A DNA stretch of 64,000 nucleotides from NCBI RefSeq assembly GCF_964204645.1, contig NC_134029.1, positions 9,016,850 to 9,080,849 of the forward strand, read 5' to 3'. This DNA comes from Tubulanus polymorphus (lineage: Eukaryota; Animalia; Nemertea). This document shows, in pieces, positions 1 to 11,195 of this stretch. Made by a program: the position numbers and the translations under genes. Below the pieces are notes generated by a model. It saw only the letters and a program-made list of their open reading frames with translations. It was not told where the DNA came from and did no database searches. Numbering within the stretch: position 1 is the stretch's first letter; every line of letters begins with the position of its first letter.

Positions 1-494
1 TACCGTAGATATTATTCAAATATTCTAAGGTGTTTATTTACATAAGCCGTCGGTGTATAATCAGGCTACGACCCTGTTCAGTTTTTTTTTTCGAGATCAA
101 AGATGACATTTAATGATGTCGTGTCTTAGACTCCGACCCGCGTTCACGAATACTTGATAGCTTATACGGATGGATTCATTAGATTTTCACGTCACCCGAG
201 ACACAAAAAAGCTTTCAAATTAACCGGATACGTTTCACGTTTTACGCTTTCGGTACACTTTTTTGCGAGACCTAACTTCGCACTCGATCAGAAACTTCAA
301 AGGACTATGAACGCTCTATAAAATGAAAATGTTTTTTAATACAAAATACTTTTTGATAAAAGTTCGACAAGACTTTAAAATCGATTAATCTTATTTTTTT
401 ATTCTGATTGATTATGCCACCCAGTGGAAAACATTGGATAACTTACAAAGCTCGAATTTACACAGCACGAAAGGCAGTCAAAATGTTTGGCATG

Positions 495-727
495 CAGGGC
501 GAAATTCGGTTTTCTTCGCTTGTCGACTAGAGGTGCGAACTAATAACCGAACGCACTATTTAGTTCGGTCGTAACATATTTCACAGTGTAGGCCATCTTG
601 AAAATTAGGCTGAACTACAGCGACCGCGCTCAATCACGTGGTCGACTAGTTCCGGATGATAACTGACATTCGGTTTTGTTTAGTTATAGCCGGCCGACTA
701 ACTCCGATAACCGGAGTTCGCTGGCAG
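495..727 (+). mobile_element. Non-autonomous DNA transposon (MITE) family A, decayed copy
   Basis: Begins CAGGGCGAAATTCGGTTTT. Shares the GTCGACTAG, AACTAATAACCGAA and CTGACATTCGGTTT blocks with copies at ~28030-28210 (-), 29541-29706 (+) and ~42690-42826 (-). Confidence 0.6.
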
Positions 728-3339
728 CTAGCTCCTTCGCCGACCACTCGAGGAAAAATGTTTCGGACGTCGTTGGCTAATATGAAGCTTCAATAATTGC
801 TATATCTGAGGATAAACAGAGGCGGATCTAGCTTTTGAGAATAGGGGAAGCGCACATGAAATATTGGGTCACTACTTACACGCGTTTGTGGCCGCATTGG
901 CGCCGCGGCCTTTATCAGCAAACGCCGCAGGCGCGAAAAACCAAAGAATGAAAAATCAGATGCATTTAGGTGTATTCTGGGCACTTTCCTGGTTTGAATT
1001 AGGATCGAAATATGCTCACAATTTCACCATTTTCTTTAAAACAAATTCCAAGGTAATCTGACCGACAAAAGGGGGCGCGCGTAGCCCGCGACCCCCTGGA
1101 TCCGCCAGAAAATCTCAACAAGAGCAACATTATCAGGCGTATCAGGATTCGCAGCCGTACTGCAATGAATGCCAGATTGTTATGATATTTAGTTATTTTG
1201 TCATCATCTTAGTTTCTCAATACATTTTCTCGTATGGAAAGAATCAGCGGTTGTTCACTTCTTTCTTGTTCAAAGCGAGCCGGAAACATGGCAAATTCTT
1301 TCGAGTCACGTTTCGAATAAACCGATGGACATGCTACAATCGATATCTATACAATAATCTCCCGATAGTTTTCATGTCGATCATGATAGTTTTCATGTAA
1401 CACTCAACGTGAAGTGAAGAACTGGAATTTCATACCTGCTATTCATGTATTATTTGTACAATGTCTAGTTTACCAATAATGCCATATTGTAGCGATAAGA
1501 GTGAGCTCTTGTCAACTGTGTGAAGCGGTAATTGCCCCGGCGCTTGTGGACAAGAGCCTCTTTCGTCAGCCTCATCAGAGCGCCGATATTGCTTTTCGGA
1601 TGAGACGACATGGAGTGCGTCTAGCTCGAATTGACCATCTTGTGTGTGCGCACACAAAACGAGAACGTAGGCATATTGCGACCACAAACAAACCAATAGT
1701 CAGGCCACCGAATGTGTTCATTGTTACCTTTGTATGTCTTTGCAATACCACCACACACCGAATACCACGTTGACACTATTTGTTTATTTCTCTATACTCT
1801 TTTTTGGGAAACATTTGAAACGTAATTCTAACAGTCAGAGGCAGCGGAGTTGATATCTCACCTATGTATATTATGCTTCTGAAGTGCATTTGTTACTCAG
1901 TCTCTGGGCCTGGACGCGGATGAACTAAACACAAGGCGAAAACAATTTCCTATGCTATTTGCTTTCACTCATTTTATACGTTACACTTTATTGTTTTATC
2001 CCATCAGATTATTCTTTATAACCTTAAATGGAATCAAAGTAAATTGACTTAAATTTCCCAATTAGAAAAAAAAGATATTTGAAGCTTAAAGGGATAGTGG
2101 AAGTTGTTTTGCAACACTGTTCATTGGGCGATCAAAATCGTTTCGTAGAATTGGTCGACCGGACATTGTTTGGCTCAACGGAAGGCCGTTGAGAAGTTCA
2201 CGACCGCGTTACCCGAACGTCGGATTTTAATTAAAGCCGATGAAAATTCCTGGACGTCGAAAAAGAAGATTTATCGGGAATTGAATTAAGATTCTTTCCG
2301 GTCGCCTTTCACACGCGAGCAGCCGACATTAGGGTGGATTTGCGTTTTAAGCTAGAGGAAACCTTGAAAGAATATGTGGAAACTACGCAGTGAGCTGCTT
2401 AGTACTCTTTAAGGCAAGTTTAGGAATTGCAGTTGATGATCAACCGATCGGTTTCTATTAAATTCGTATTGCGAAATCGGTCATAAAAATCAATATTTTT
2501 CCAATAATGATTATTTCTTCAGAAAAAGTGGAATCTCTAACTGCCAGAGAAAGACAAATGTGGGTAAATACTGAAAATCCATACAACCATGTAAATCAAA
2601 ATCGTTTCCATCCGAACAAATTTATTTAGAAATAATGATGATTGATTATGAAATTTGTAATTAAAAAATACTCAAGATCAACCGGGCAGACTTAGTATCT
2701 ATTTTTTGATGTGGATGGTATCAAAAGCAAACACATTTATGATTTCCGCTACAAGTTTAAGAATACATGATCTCGACGGTCAGAAAACCGTGACCACAAA
2801 TTGTTATTACCATTGTTGTTATCATTATCATTAGACATGGAATTGTGCAAAAGTACGTTTTTCCTTCGAATGAATGCAATAAGCAAGTCGAAAAGAAGAA
2901 GAGATTATTAATACACATTAATTTTGATCGGGGGGGGGGCTCATTTGCAAACTCCTCTGCAAAACGAGAAATAGATCACGACCATTACATAAACGCTCGA
3001 CTTATCCTAGTTTTCCAGTTACGAGGTAATGGTTTCCAGGCGGCAAAATATGATAGACATCTAACATATTTTCTCTAATCATCTTCACGTTCAATCAACA
3101 TATTTCCAGTTAATCAACGACGCAACGATGTTCACTCCATAACAGCAAACGCACGTGTTTTGCATAAGGCTAAAAAACGATTACAGGTGTACCAACAACT
3201 GACTCGAACGGAAGATAGAAAAAAATGAAAAGAAGATTGGAATATGAATCATGAACCTTCGAGGTTTGTTAATTGGTTCAGTCGTAGTAACCTACTGATA
3301 CACAGAGAAAAGTTGAAGTGACAGAAATAATAGCTACCA

Positions 3340-3915
3340 AGAACTGTATTGCATTTGTCACATCCCCATTAGATTACTGAACGTATAACCTTCCATCAAC
3401 TATTATAACTACACAGCTGTGCGGCCCGACTTCTAACCCGCTCACAGAAACATGTACACGGTACCCCAATAATGCACAGTCTTCATTGGTTGCCTATTCA
3501 CCAAAGGATAATTTAAAATCCTTGTTCTCACTCTTATACAATTGTTCATAACCCGGCACCAGCCTATCTTTCTGACTCGTTATAACTACATTCGAAATTA
3601 AATTCTACTATAGGGTTATAACACACTCATGTAAAATCCGTCTTGTTGAACCACTATATCGAACAGAGTTCTCTGTGGTTCATGATCTTTTTCTGTCTCA
3701 GCACCTCGTTTGTGGAATAATTAGCCAATACGTATCCGTAATCGACCATCAGTGGAGTCTTTGGATCTCGCTTAAAAACATTTTTATACAAAGAGTTCTA
3801 GAAATAAGTTTCCGTTTTTAAAAGAACAAAATATCATTATAAAGAGCTTTGAGATTGTTTTAGTGTAAATCGCTTTTAGATTATAAATCATTATTACACA
3901 TGTACTACTATTACG
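3340..3915 (+). mobile_element. Decayed 3' end of an L2/CR1-group LINE
   Basis: Broken frames give FVTSPLDY, AARLLTRSQKH..TPIMHSLHWLPI..RII, PAPAYLSD, APRLWN and SRLKTFL, the typical post-RT C-terminus of L2 ORF2. An L2-like 3' tail follows (AAAGAGCTTTGAG...ATTAT). Confidence 0.75.
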
Positions 3916-5762
3916 ATTATATTTTCGGTGATAAAATAAAGTCAAAGGCTTTTATATATCTAAATCTCTTCAAAAAGCTACTTGGAACGAAAATAAGAAT
4001 GGAATATGTCAAATGTTGGGTACAATGTTCGCGTCAAATAATTGAACAACACACAATTGAAAAAAAAGGAAATAACATTAGCGTCCGGGTACGACACAAT
4101 ACTCGAAGAGTAACACTGGGATACTCCCGAGATTAAAGTAATCTCGTTACAGATGCCGAGAAATGTAACGAGATGACAAAACGTATTCCACTGTGTATAT
4201 TGGTGGCAATGAGCTGTTGTGACAGCTGTCTAGATTACCGGTACTCATAGCTGTTAAAGTATACGTACGCATGTGTCTTCCGTTGTCTCACGACAAAAAC
4301 CCGAGTAACGCGAATGCCCAAAATCCATTTTAAGCATTTATCCAAAGCGCTCTTCGTGTCACCTGAATGGATAGAAGTCAAAAGCGTAATCTATAGCAGC
4401 AGCAGGAGATGAATTCCATTTTCTTTCGGTTTGTCCGTTTTTCCAAGTCAAAAGAAATAAATATTTTTCCAAGTTACTATTGATAAGATACCTGAATGAC
4501 ATCACCCTCCAGCTGTTACTAAATTCAAATAGAAGAACTTTAATTGAGTTGGCCATGTTTGTGAAAAAAATGTTTGCCACCCTCCGCTTGAAATAATTGT
4601 TATTATAATATTTCGCACGTCGAATGTGCACTTTTATTGATACTCAGGAAAAATCAATTTAGAGAAGCAAATACCAAAAAGCCGATAGTTACCAATATCT
4701 TTGATTGAACTGAAAAAGGGGTGATCATATTCGATGGTTCACCACAAAAATCATATAATTGATCTCCCATATATTCGACGCATATTCAACAGTGCGCAAA
4801 AAATCACATAATTGATTTCCCATATTCGACGTATATTCGACGGTTCGCTGCGTGTAATAATTTAATTCGTTTTCCATATTCGATGGATATATAAGCCCAT
4901 TTAAGGATATCTATGGATATTCGACTGTTAAGAAAAAAGGAGGAAATCCATATTCAGAAATAATTAATAATCAATTAGCCTCAGTAAGTAAGTAATTAGC
5001 AGTCTGATCCATATCAAATTTGCAGAAATAAGAATTCAAAAAACGGCGATTTAAATGGTAGATTCAGCTCATTTTCGACAAAAATTTTCGAATTCAAACA
5101 TGTTATGCCCCGTGTGGTTGTACCTATTGTGGATTAGATAAACCACTGAAACTAAAACTGAAACTGAAAAAAAGTGTCTTATCACGAGTGATGCAGACGC
5201 GGACGCGGACGCAATCCAGGAATAGAAAAAACAGCCAGAAAAAAGAGTATGGATGATAAATGAAGCCGGTGGCTTTATTCTGGTATCAGCTTTCCGAACC
5301 TCGAAATGCAGTTCATTATTAATTGGTTGTTTGGTTTGATGGTCAGATTATCCAATCACGGCGTTTGCTAAGCCGATTGGCTAATGTATTATGTGTATGA
5401 CCTTCGTAACTGCGCACATATCCTCAAAATCACCTCTAATCACAAAGGAGTGTGTGACACGATTTCGTATGGATATCGTGTCTCGCTGTGATTGCTGCGT
5501 GACCAGGACGATGGTGAGAAATGACCTCTGCTTGACTAAACCTAATCAATTTGAAATTCGTTTCCAAACGATTCTTTGCGAACTTGATTTTGAATATTGC
5601 CTAATTTGGACAAGTCCCCCGTGACACTTTGATTCAAATATGCAAATTCCATCAATTTCAGTCAGAGCCCAGTTATGCAATCATGAAATATCCCCGAAGG
5701 TTGTTCTCCAAAGGTGGTAATAAATCTTATGACTGATCTTAACTGTTTTTTGAAAAGCTACA

Positions 5763-5887
5763 GGCCGGTTCCATAGTGAGGGCTTAGACGTTAGGCTATC
5801 TTTGTTCTATAGCGAATCTAACAATTTAAGGTCAGTCCAAAGATTGAAGACCACTTTTGGTCTTAAGTCTAGACTATGGAACCGGCC
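5763..5887. mobile_element. Short MITE with GGCCGGTTCCATAGT terminal inverted repeats (Harbinger-like)
   Basis: GGCCGGTTCCATAGT ... ACTATGGAACCGGCC inverted termini about 125 bp apart. Confidence 0.5.
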
Positions 5888-7066
5888 GGCCCAAAAAAAA
5901 GTTTTTTTTTCATAATTCGATCTAATCTATCTATAAAATCAGACTTTATAAGACTTTATAAGAAATAAGACTGGTCTTGTGTCACGCAGTACCAATAGAA
6001 AAGGATTCTGTGCACAGTGATATTATGCATAAGATGGACGAGGACACTGGAATGAACCATTCTGACAGATATGGAAGAGGACATTGTTGATATAACCCTT
6101 TCCGAATTGGCACTCTCGCGCGCTCGACTTCCTCCTGTGACCTTGCCGCAGAGGACATGGATCATTAAGGTAGCATGTTTTATTAAACGAGCTGAAAAGC
6201 AGCAAGTGACATTTATGGGAGCTTGTTATCGGAGGGTCAATACGATGTCGATATCGGCCACACTGGAGGTGCCACATCCATCCAACCGCCGGTAGCCCTT
6301 GGCAAACCAATTCCACGATGTTGCGGACGAACGACGAATTTTTGAAATTGTTTAAGCGTTGTTGGTTGGCTGCAAGTCAATATAACGGTATGCGCAAGAA
6401 ACCAATAAAGGAAAATGGTTTCATCGTGTGTTTGAACTGGTCCGGCTTTGCCGCGAGGTACACAAGGCTTATTGGATTACATCTTATTTACGAAAAGCTC
6501 TCTGGTCGAACATGTCTGATTCCGTTGAACTCACCGGAAAAAAAATCCGATATGAAACGCGCAAGGTCGCGTGGTGCCAACTTTGCCAGCGAGAACGAAT
6601 ACTAAAATCGTTGACAGGCCTACCATTCTTTGAAAGAAAAATCCTTTTCCGACGAAAGCCAGCTCATCTTGACACTTGCACGTAAGAAGTGTCTGTTATT
6701 CATGAAGGCCGGAAGTAGACATCACATACTTCCGGTTGATGTTGCTCGCTCGTAGCTATTTCAGCGTGTTTTTCACGACAGTGTGACGTCTTGAAAATAA
6801 AGACATTCTCAATGATTATGGCAATGAAGCCTAGAGCTATGGAAAAATATTCGCAATCGCAGATTTAGAAATAAATTGTCAAGTTGTATGGAAAACATAC
6901 CAAGTATCTATATGTTAATACGATGTACCAAATACTGACGCCGTGGAGAAGAAAGTCAATCATGGTATTAACTAATGCAGAGGCTATGAACGGATCTGAA
7001 AATATTAATAGGGGGCCAGACGGAGGGAGACAAAATTTCAGCCAATCATCGAGCAGGAATTGTAAT

Positions 7067-7072
7067 TATAGA
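7067..7072 (+). repeat. Left 6-bp target-site duplication (TATAGA) of the Polinton
   Basis: TATAGA immediately precedes AGTAATAG at 7073 and recurs at 23254-23259. Confidence 0.95.
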
Positions 7073-7229
7073 AGTAATAGGGATAATGGGCTTTCAAGCC
7101 AAAGGTCGAACGGTCGAGCTCGTAAAAAATGAAAAACATAAAAATAATTACAATTTCTACTTGAATTACTCGCAAAACTCATAAAAATGAAAAATAAATT
7201 CTCACACGCTCGAATTTATTTTTCATTTT
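7073..7229 (+). repeat. Left terminal inverted repeat of the Polinton
   Basis: Reverse complement of 23096-23253. Only one A-run indel and one substitution seen. Confidence 0.93.
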
Positions 7230-7391
7230 TTACTCGCTAAAAAGTAACGAGTAATTAATGAGTTGTTTGAATTGATATTTTAAACATATTTCAATATTCA
7301 TATTTGTATGAGTTAGATTTTTAAACATAAAAGTGTGAGTAAAGTGTGAGTGAAATAATTCATATTTAAAACATTGAATATTTATATTTGA

Positions 7392-8039
7392 ATGAGTTTT
7401 AATAAAAATTTTGTTATAAAAATGAAGAAAGAAGAAGAAGAACCCAACTTTAAAATCGAAATCAATGAAACCAATAAATCATTTTCACAGTTTTACATTA
7501 AAAATTATATTTCAGCAACAAATTTAGTGTCCGCAAGGTATTATAAAATTGATAACATAACTATGATTAATCAAATATCATCAAATGAAACATATTTAAT
7601 TACTGAACTAGTAGATACTTTTGATAATGGCGTTAAAAATCCTAAAATATTCAATACAGTTTTAAATTTTAAAGGAACTTTAGATGAAAACATAATTAAT
7701 ATTCTTAAAACTCCTTTCAATGAAAGAAATGATGATATAATACTTTCAAAAGATTACAATGATTTGATTAACTTAAGAATTGAAAAAAGACAATTATTTT
7801 ATTTCAATTTTGATAATAAACAAATTATCTATAATGAAAATTCATCAAATATTGGAATTCAATGTGAATTAGATAATAATAATTCTTATAAAGATATTGG
7901 AATTCAATGTAATTTTGATGATGAAATTGTTGCGCCTAAATATAATCCTAATGAAAGCGTTTTATGTAATTGTGGAAAATATTATACTCGCAGCAATAAA
8001 TCACACCATCTTAAATCAAAATATCATAACACATATTAA
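7392..8039 (+). pseudogene. Probable N-terminal part of the pPolB ORF with a C-terminal zinc-finger-like motif, truncated at a deletion junction
   Basis: First ORF inside the left TIR. Ends in CNCGKYYTRSNKSHHLKSKYH and abuts the polymerase C-terminal fragment out of frame at ~8030. Assignment to pPolB is positional inference. Confidence 0.55.
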
Positions 8040-8551
8040 AGATAAAAACTGATAACATAACAGATGATTTAAAAACATTAAAACACCATTTTGATTTTAG
8101 TAATTATCCAAAAAATCATGAATTGTTTAGCAATGATAATAAAAAAGTTCCCGGTAAATTCAAAGATGAATTAGGTGGTGAAGAAATGATAGAGTTCATA
8201 GGTATTAGATCTAAAATGTATAGTTATAAAACTAAAACTCATGAATCAAAGAAATTGAAAGGAATTACCAAAAGCGTTGTTGAAAAGAATATTCATTTCA
8301 AAGATTACATCAATTGTATATTTAATGAAGAAGTTAGAAAACATAAGATGAAATGTTTAAGATCTGAAGATCATGAAATGTATATTGAAGAGATAGAGAA
8401 GATAAGTCTAAACCCATTTGATGATAAAAGATATATTTTAGATGATGGAATCCACACAGTCGCCTATGGTTGCAATTTAGATGAATATATAAAATTCAAA
8501 AGAGAAGAAACAAAAGAAAATGAGATTATGAAAAGGATTCTAGCGTGTTAA
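8030..8551 (+). pseudogene. polB: Protein-primed family B DNA polymerase (pPolB), C-terminal fragment only
   Basis: Open frame from 8030 reads ILKIKTDNITDDLK..FDFSNYPKNH..NKKVPGKFKDE..EFIGIRSKMYSY..KLKGI..FDDKRYILDDGIHTVAYG, the Polinton pPolB segment that directly follows YxDTDS. The exonuclease and motifs A, B and C are absent. Confidence 0.92.
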
Positions 8552-8579
8552 TCAATTTCAATAAAAATTTGTATAATAA

Positions 8580-8921
8580 ATGGAGAGTAAACAAGTACAC
8601 AGTGAATTCTTAGATAGAATTAAAGATACTTCAAGCGTCAAATCTGTAGATTATAAATTTAAAAAACTAACTGAGTTAACAATTCACAAGAAATATTTAA
8701 TTACTAACATTGAAACAATTACTAATAAATATGGAGATAAATTAGTAATTCATTTAGAATATGAAGGATTAAAAGGAAATAAATATAAATTCAGAACTTA
8801 TTTACCAGATAGATTTCATAGATTATCAAGTGAAGATTTAGAAGAATTATGTTCTGGAGATTTCTATTTCGTATACAAAGGTAAGAATGAAAAAGGGCAC
8901 CATGAAATAGATTTCGAATAA
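8580..8921 (+). CDS. Polinton hypothetical protein, 113 aa (possible OB-fold/ssDNA-binding)
   Basis: Intact ORF with TAAATG start directly after pPolB. The KYG..LV and YLPDRF pattern looks like Polinton-associated small proteins. The fold is a guess. Confidence 0.65.
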   Translation: MESKQVHSEFLDRIKDTSSVKSVDYKFKKLTELTIHKKYLITNIETITNKYGDKLVIHLEYEGLKGNKYKFRTYLPDRFHRLSSEDLEELCSGDFYFVYKGKNEKGHHEIDFE

Positions 8922-8938
8922 GAAAATATGTAAAATAA

Positions 8939-9694
8939 ATGGTGGAATTAAAAGAATACAGAATATTTGTTGATTCTAGAAAACTTACAAATTATAAATC
9001 ACATAATTTATTAGTACAATTAGATAGAGAATTCAAAAATTGTGTTGATTTAAAATTAGTTAATATAAGTTTATGTAATTCTTTTTACAATGTATCGGAT
9101 AAAACTTTTGAACATAGAGGGTTTATGATTTATATGAGAAATAAAGATAAATGGTTTCATATATTTTTAAAACCAGGATTATATAATTTAGAATCATTAG
9201 CGCAGGAAATTAATAGAAGAGCTCGGTTGAAAATCGGGGGCACTTCTGTATTTGAAATTAAATTTAATAAAATTGATAGTACTAATAAAATTAAAATAAA
9301 GGTATCTAATGAACAACATAAATTTATGGTAAACAAACCAATGGCTAAAATGTTAGGAATTAAACCGCTTACAGTTACTGGAAACGCAGAAGGCAGCTCA
9401 AATATAATACCTTTTACACACTTTTATATTTATTGCAATTTAATCGAGCCTACAAAAACTTTCGAAGCAACTAAAGAAACAATTTGTAATTCAAGTATAC
9501 TAAATATTTTACCGCTAAAAAATGTTAAACAATTTGGAACTCAAATAAATTATAATTTAACAGAATGTGATTTTAAACCTTGCATTCCTAAATTTAATAA
9601 TTTTAAATTAGAAATAAGAAATCATAATGGATACTTAATTGATTTGAATAACTTTCCTGTAATTTATGAATTAGTTATAAGATGTAAAGAGTAA
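8939..9694 (+). CDS. Minor capsid protein (penton, single jelly-roll)
   Basis: 251 aa with IFVDS, NSFYNV, LKPGLYNLESLAQEIN, FYIYCNLIE, SSILNILP and LEIRNHNGYLIDLNN..VIYELVIR, the typical Polinton penton pattern. Confidence 0.85.
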   Translation: MVELKEYRIFVDSRKLTNYKSHNLLVQLDREFKNCVDLKLVNISLCNSFYNVSDKTFEHRGFMIYMRNKDKWFHIFLKPGLYNLESLAQEINRRARLKIGGTSVFEIKFNKIDSTNKIKIKVSNEQHKFMVNKPMAKMLGIKPLTVTGNAEGSSNIIPFTHFYIYCNLIEPTKTFEATKETICNSSILNILPLKNVKQFGTQINYNLTECDFKPCIPKFNNFKLEIRNHNGYLIDLNNFPVIYELVIRCKE

Positions 9695-9710
9695 TTTTTC
9701 ACTTATATAA

Positions 9711-9950
9711 ATGAATATAACTGTTGGACCGAGTATATGTTTTGGGTTTGATTTTAAACGTGAGAAAGAAATGAAATTTAACATTAATGATGTAATAACA
9801 CATATCAAAAATATTGCATTTTCTAATGAAACAACATTTGAGTATGAAACAACAATAGATAAAGAAACTTTAAATGTAGAAAAGATTACTGAGTCTTTAA
9901 GATTTTACGAATTAGATGAAGATTTTATCATCGATATATTAAAAAAATAA
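9711..9950 (+). CDS. Polinton hypothetical protein, 79 aa
   Basis: ORF in the co-oriented gene run, with T-tract/TAAATG start. Confidence 0.55.
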   Translation: MNITVGPSICFGFDFKREKEMKFNINDVITHIKNIAFSNETTFEYETTIDKETLNVEKITESLRFYELDEDFIIDILKK

Positions 9951-10057
9951 TAATTGAAATATATGATAATCATAAAACTAGTAATGAAATAAATGTTGAA
10001 TTAATCATAAATAAGATAACTAAATATTTTGATGATAGTAATTTTTTTGATTAATAA

Positions 10058-10279
10058 ATGAGTGATAATAAGTGGATAATAACTGGATTATATAATGGAG
10101 CATTACTATCAGTTGGAACGGTTGGTTATTCAATGGTATTAAAAAAAGTATTCAAAATGGGAAGTGTTAATGTTGATAGATTTGATATAAATGATATTTT
10201 AAAATTAACATTAGCAGTTACTTTATCTAATTTAACAATTGATTATTTGGAAAAACAAAAATATATTCCTCCCATATAA
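10058..10279 (+). CDS. Small hydrophobic/amphipathic protein, 73 aa
   Basis: T-tract/TAAATG start; hydrophobic helices GALLSVGTVGYSMVL and ILKLTLAVTLSNL. Confidence 0.7.
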   Translation: MSDNKWIITGLYNGALLSVGTVGYSMVLKKVFKMGSVNVDRFDINDILKLTLAVTLSNLTIDYLEKQKYIPPI

Positions 10280-10302
10280 ATGCATAATTTTTTGCTAAAT
10301 AA

Positions 10303-10725
10303 ATGGCTTCTGCAATTATAACTATTATAGGATCGGCAATCGTTAACGCTTTAGCATTTACTGGTGGTGGATATTTATTTAAACACATTGATAAAAATAG
10401 TTCATTAGGAGAACAAAGAAGACATAACTTAGCGTTAGAGAAATACAATAAAGCTGCAGAAGAATATAGAGAAAAGAGGCAAAACTATATGGATTACATC
10501 AATAAAGAATTATATGATCAGAAGATTTCACATAGAGATTTTCAATCAGTTGATGATGCAATGAGTTTATATAACGCAGTAACAAATAAAGAAAAATTAC
10601 ATCTATACAAACCTAAATTATCAGATTATTATACCCCAAGTAAAGAACAACAGAAATATGAAATAATTTGGATTTTAGGTGGAACAGTTATTGTTATATT
10701 TGTTGCTTATAAGTTTACTAATTAG
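10303..10725 (+). CDS. Predicted membrane protein, 140 aa
   Basis: N-terminal hydrophobic segment MASAIITIIGSAIVNALAFTGGGYLF, a coiled-coil-like middle and a C-terminal TM (IIWILGGTVIVIFVAY). Confidence 0.8.
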   Translation: MASAIITIIGSAIVNALAFTGGGYLFKHIDKNSSLGEQRRHNLALEKYNKAAEEYREKRQNYMDYINKELYDQKISHRDFQSVDDAMSLYNAVTNKEKLHLYKPKLSDYYTPSKEQQKYEIIWILGGTVIVIFVAYKFTN

Positions 10726-10744
10726 TAATTTTTTTTCTAAATAA

Positions 10745-11179
10745 ATGGAAGATAAAGTTGATAGTATTGATATTATTCCTCATGATATAAATAAAACTAA
10801 ATTAAAAACATATTTAGAAAAACAAATATTAGAATTTGAAAGTGACTTAAAGATAAAAAAGAAAAAATATTTAAAAAGTAAAATTATATATTATCTGATT
10901 ATAAGTGGTTCGGTTACAATTAGTTCTGTAATAACATTTCTAGCAATATTCAGTCCATTAACACCTTTAGCTATATCAATTGGTGTATTAGGATTAAGTT
11001 CAAGTGTTTTAACTGGTATAAGTTCAAAATTAAATATAAAAAGTAATAAAGAAAAAATTAAAACTAATATAAAAGAAATTAATAAATTAAAGAACACACT
11101 AGATTATATAATAAGTTTAAATGGCCATATAACAGTTGAAGAACAAGATAAATTATTAAAAGAATTAATAAATTATTAA
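10745..11179 (+). CDS. Predicted two-TM hairpin membrane protein, 144 aa
   Basis: IIYYLIISGSVTISSVITFLAIFSPLTPLAISIGVLGLSSSVLTGI flanked by Lys-rich coiled segments. Confidence 0.78.
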   Translation: MEDKVDSIDIIPHDINKTKLKTYLEKQILEFESDLKIKKKKYLKSKIIYYLIISGSVTISSVITFLAIFSPLTPLAISIGVLGLSSSVLTGISSKLNIKSNKEKIKTNIKEINKLKNTLDYIISLNGHITVEEQDKLLKELINY

Positions 11180-11195
11180 TTTTTTAATTATATAA

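Noticed and set aside
2086-2412. Possible TTAA-flanked Kolobok/piggyBac-like MITE
   Set aside because: Terminal inverted similarity is too weak to support.
790-5624. Short ORFs in the first 5.6 kb
   Set aside because: No recognisable domains or consistent splice structure; the region is dominated by TE fragments.
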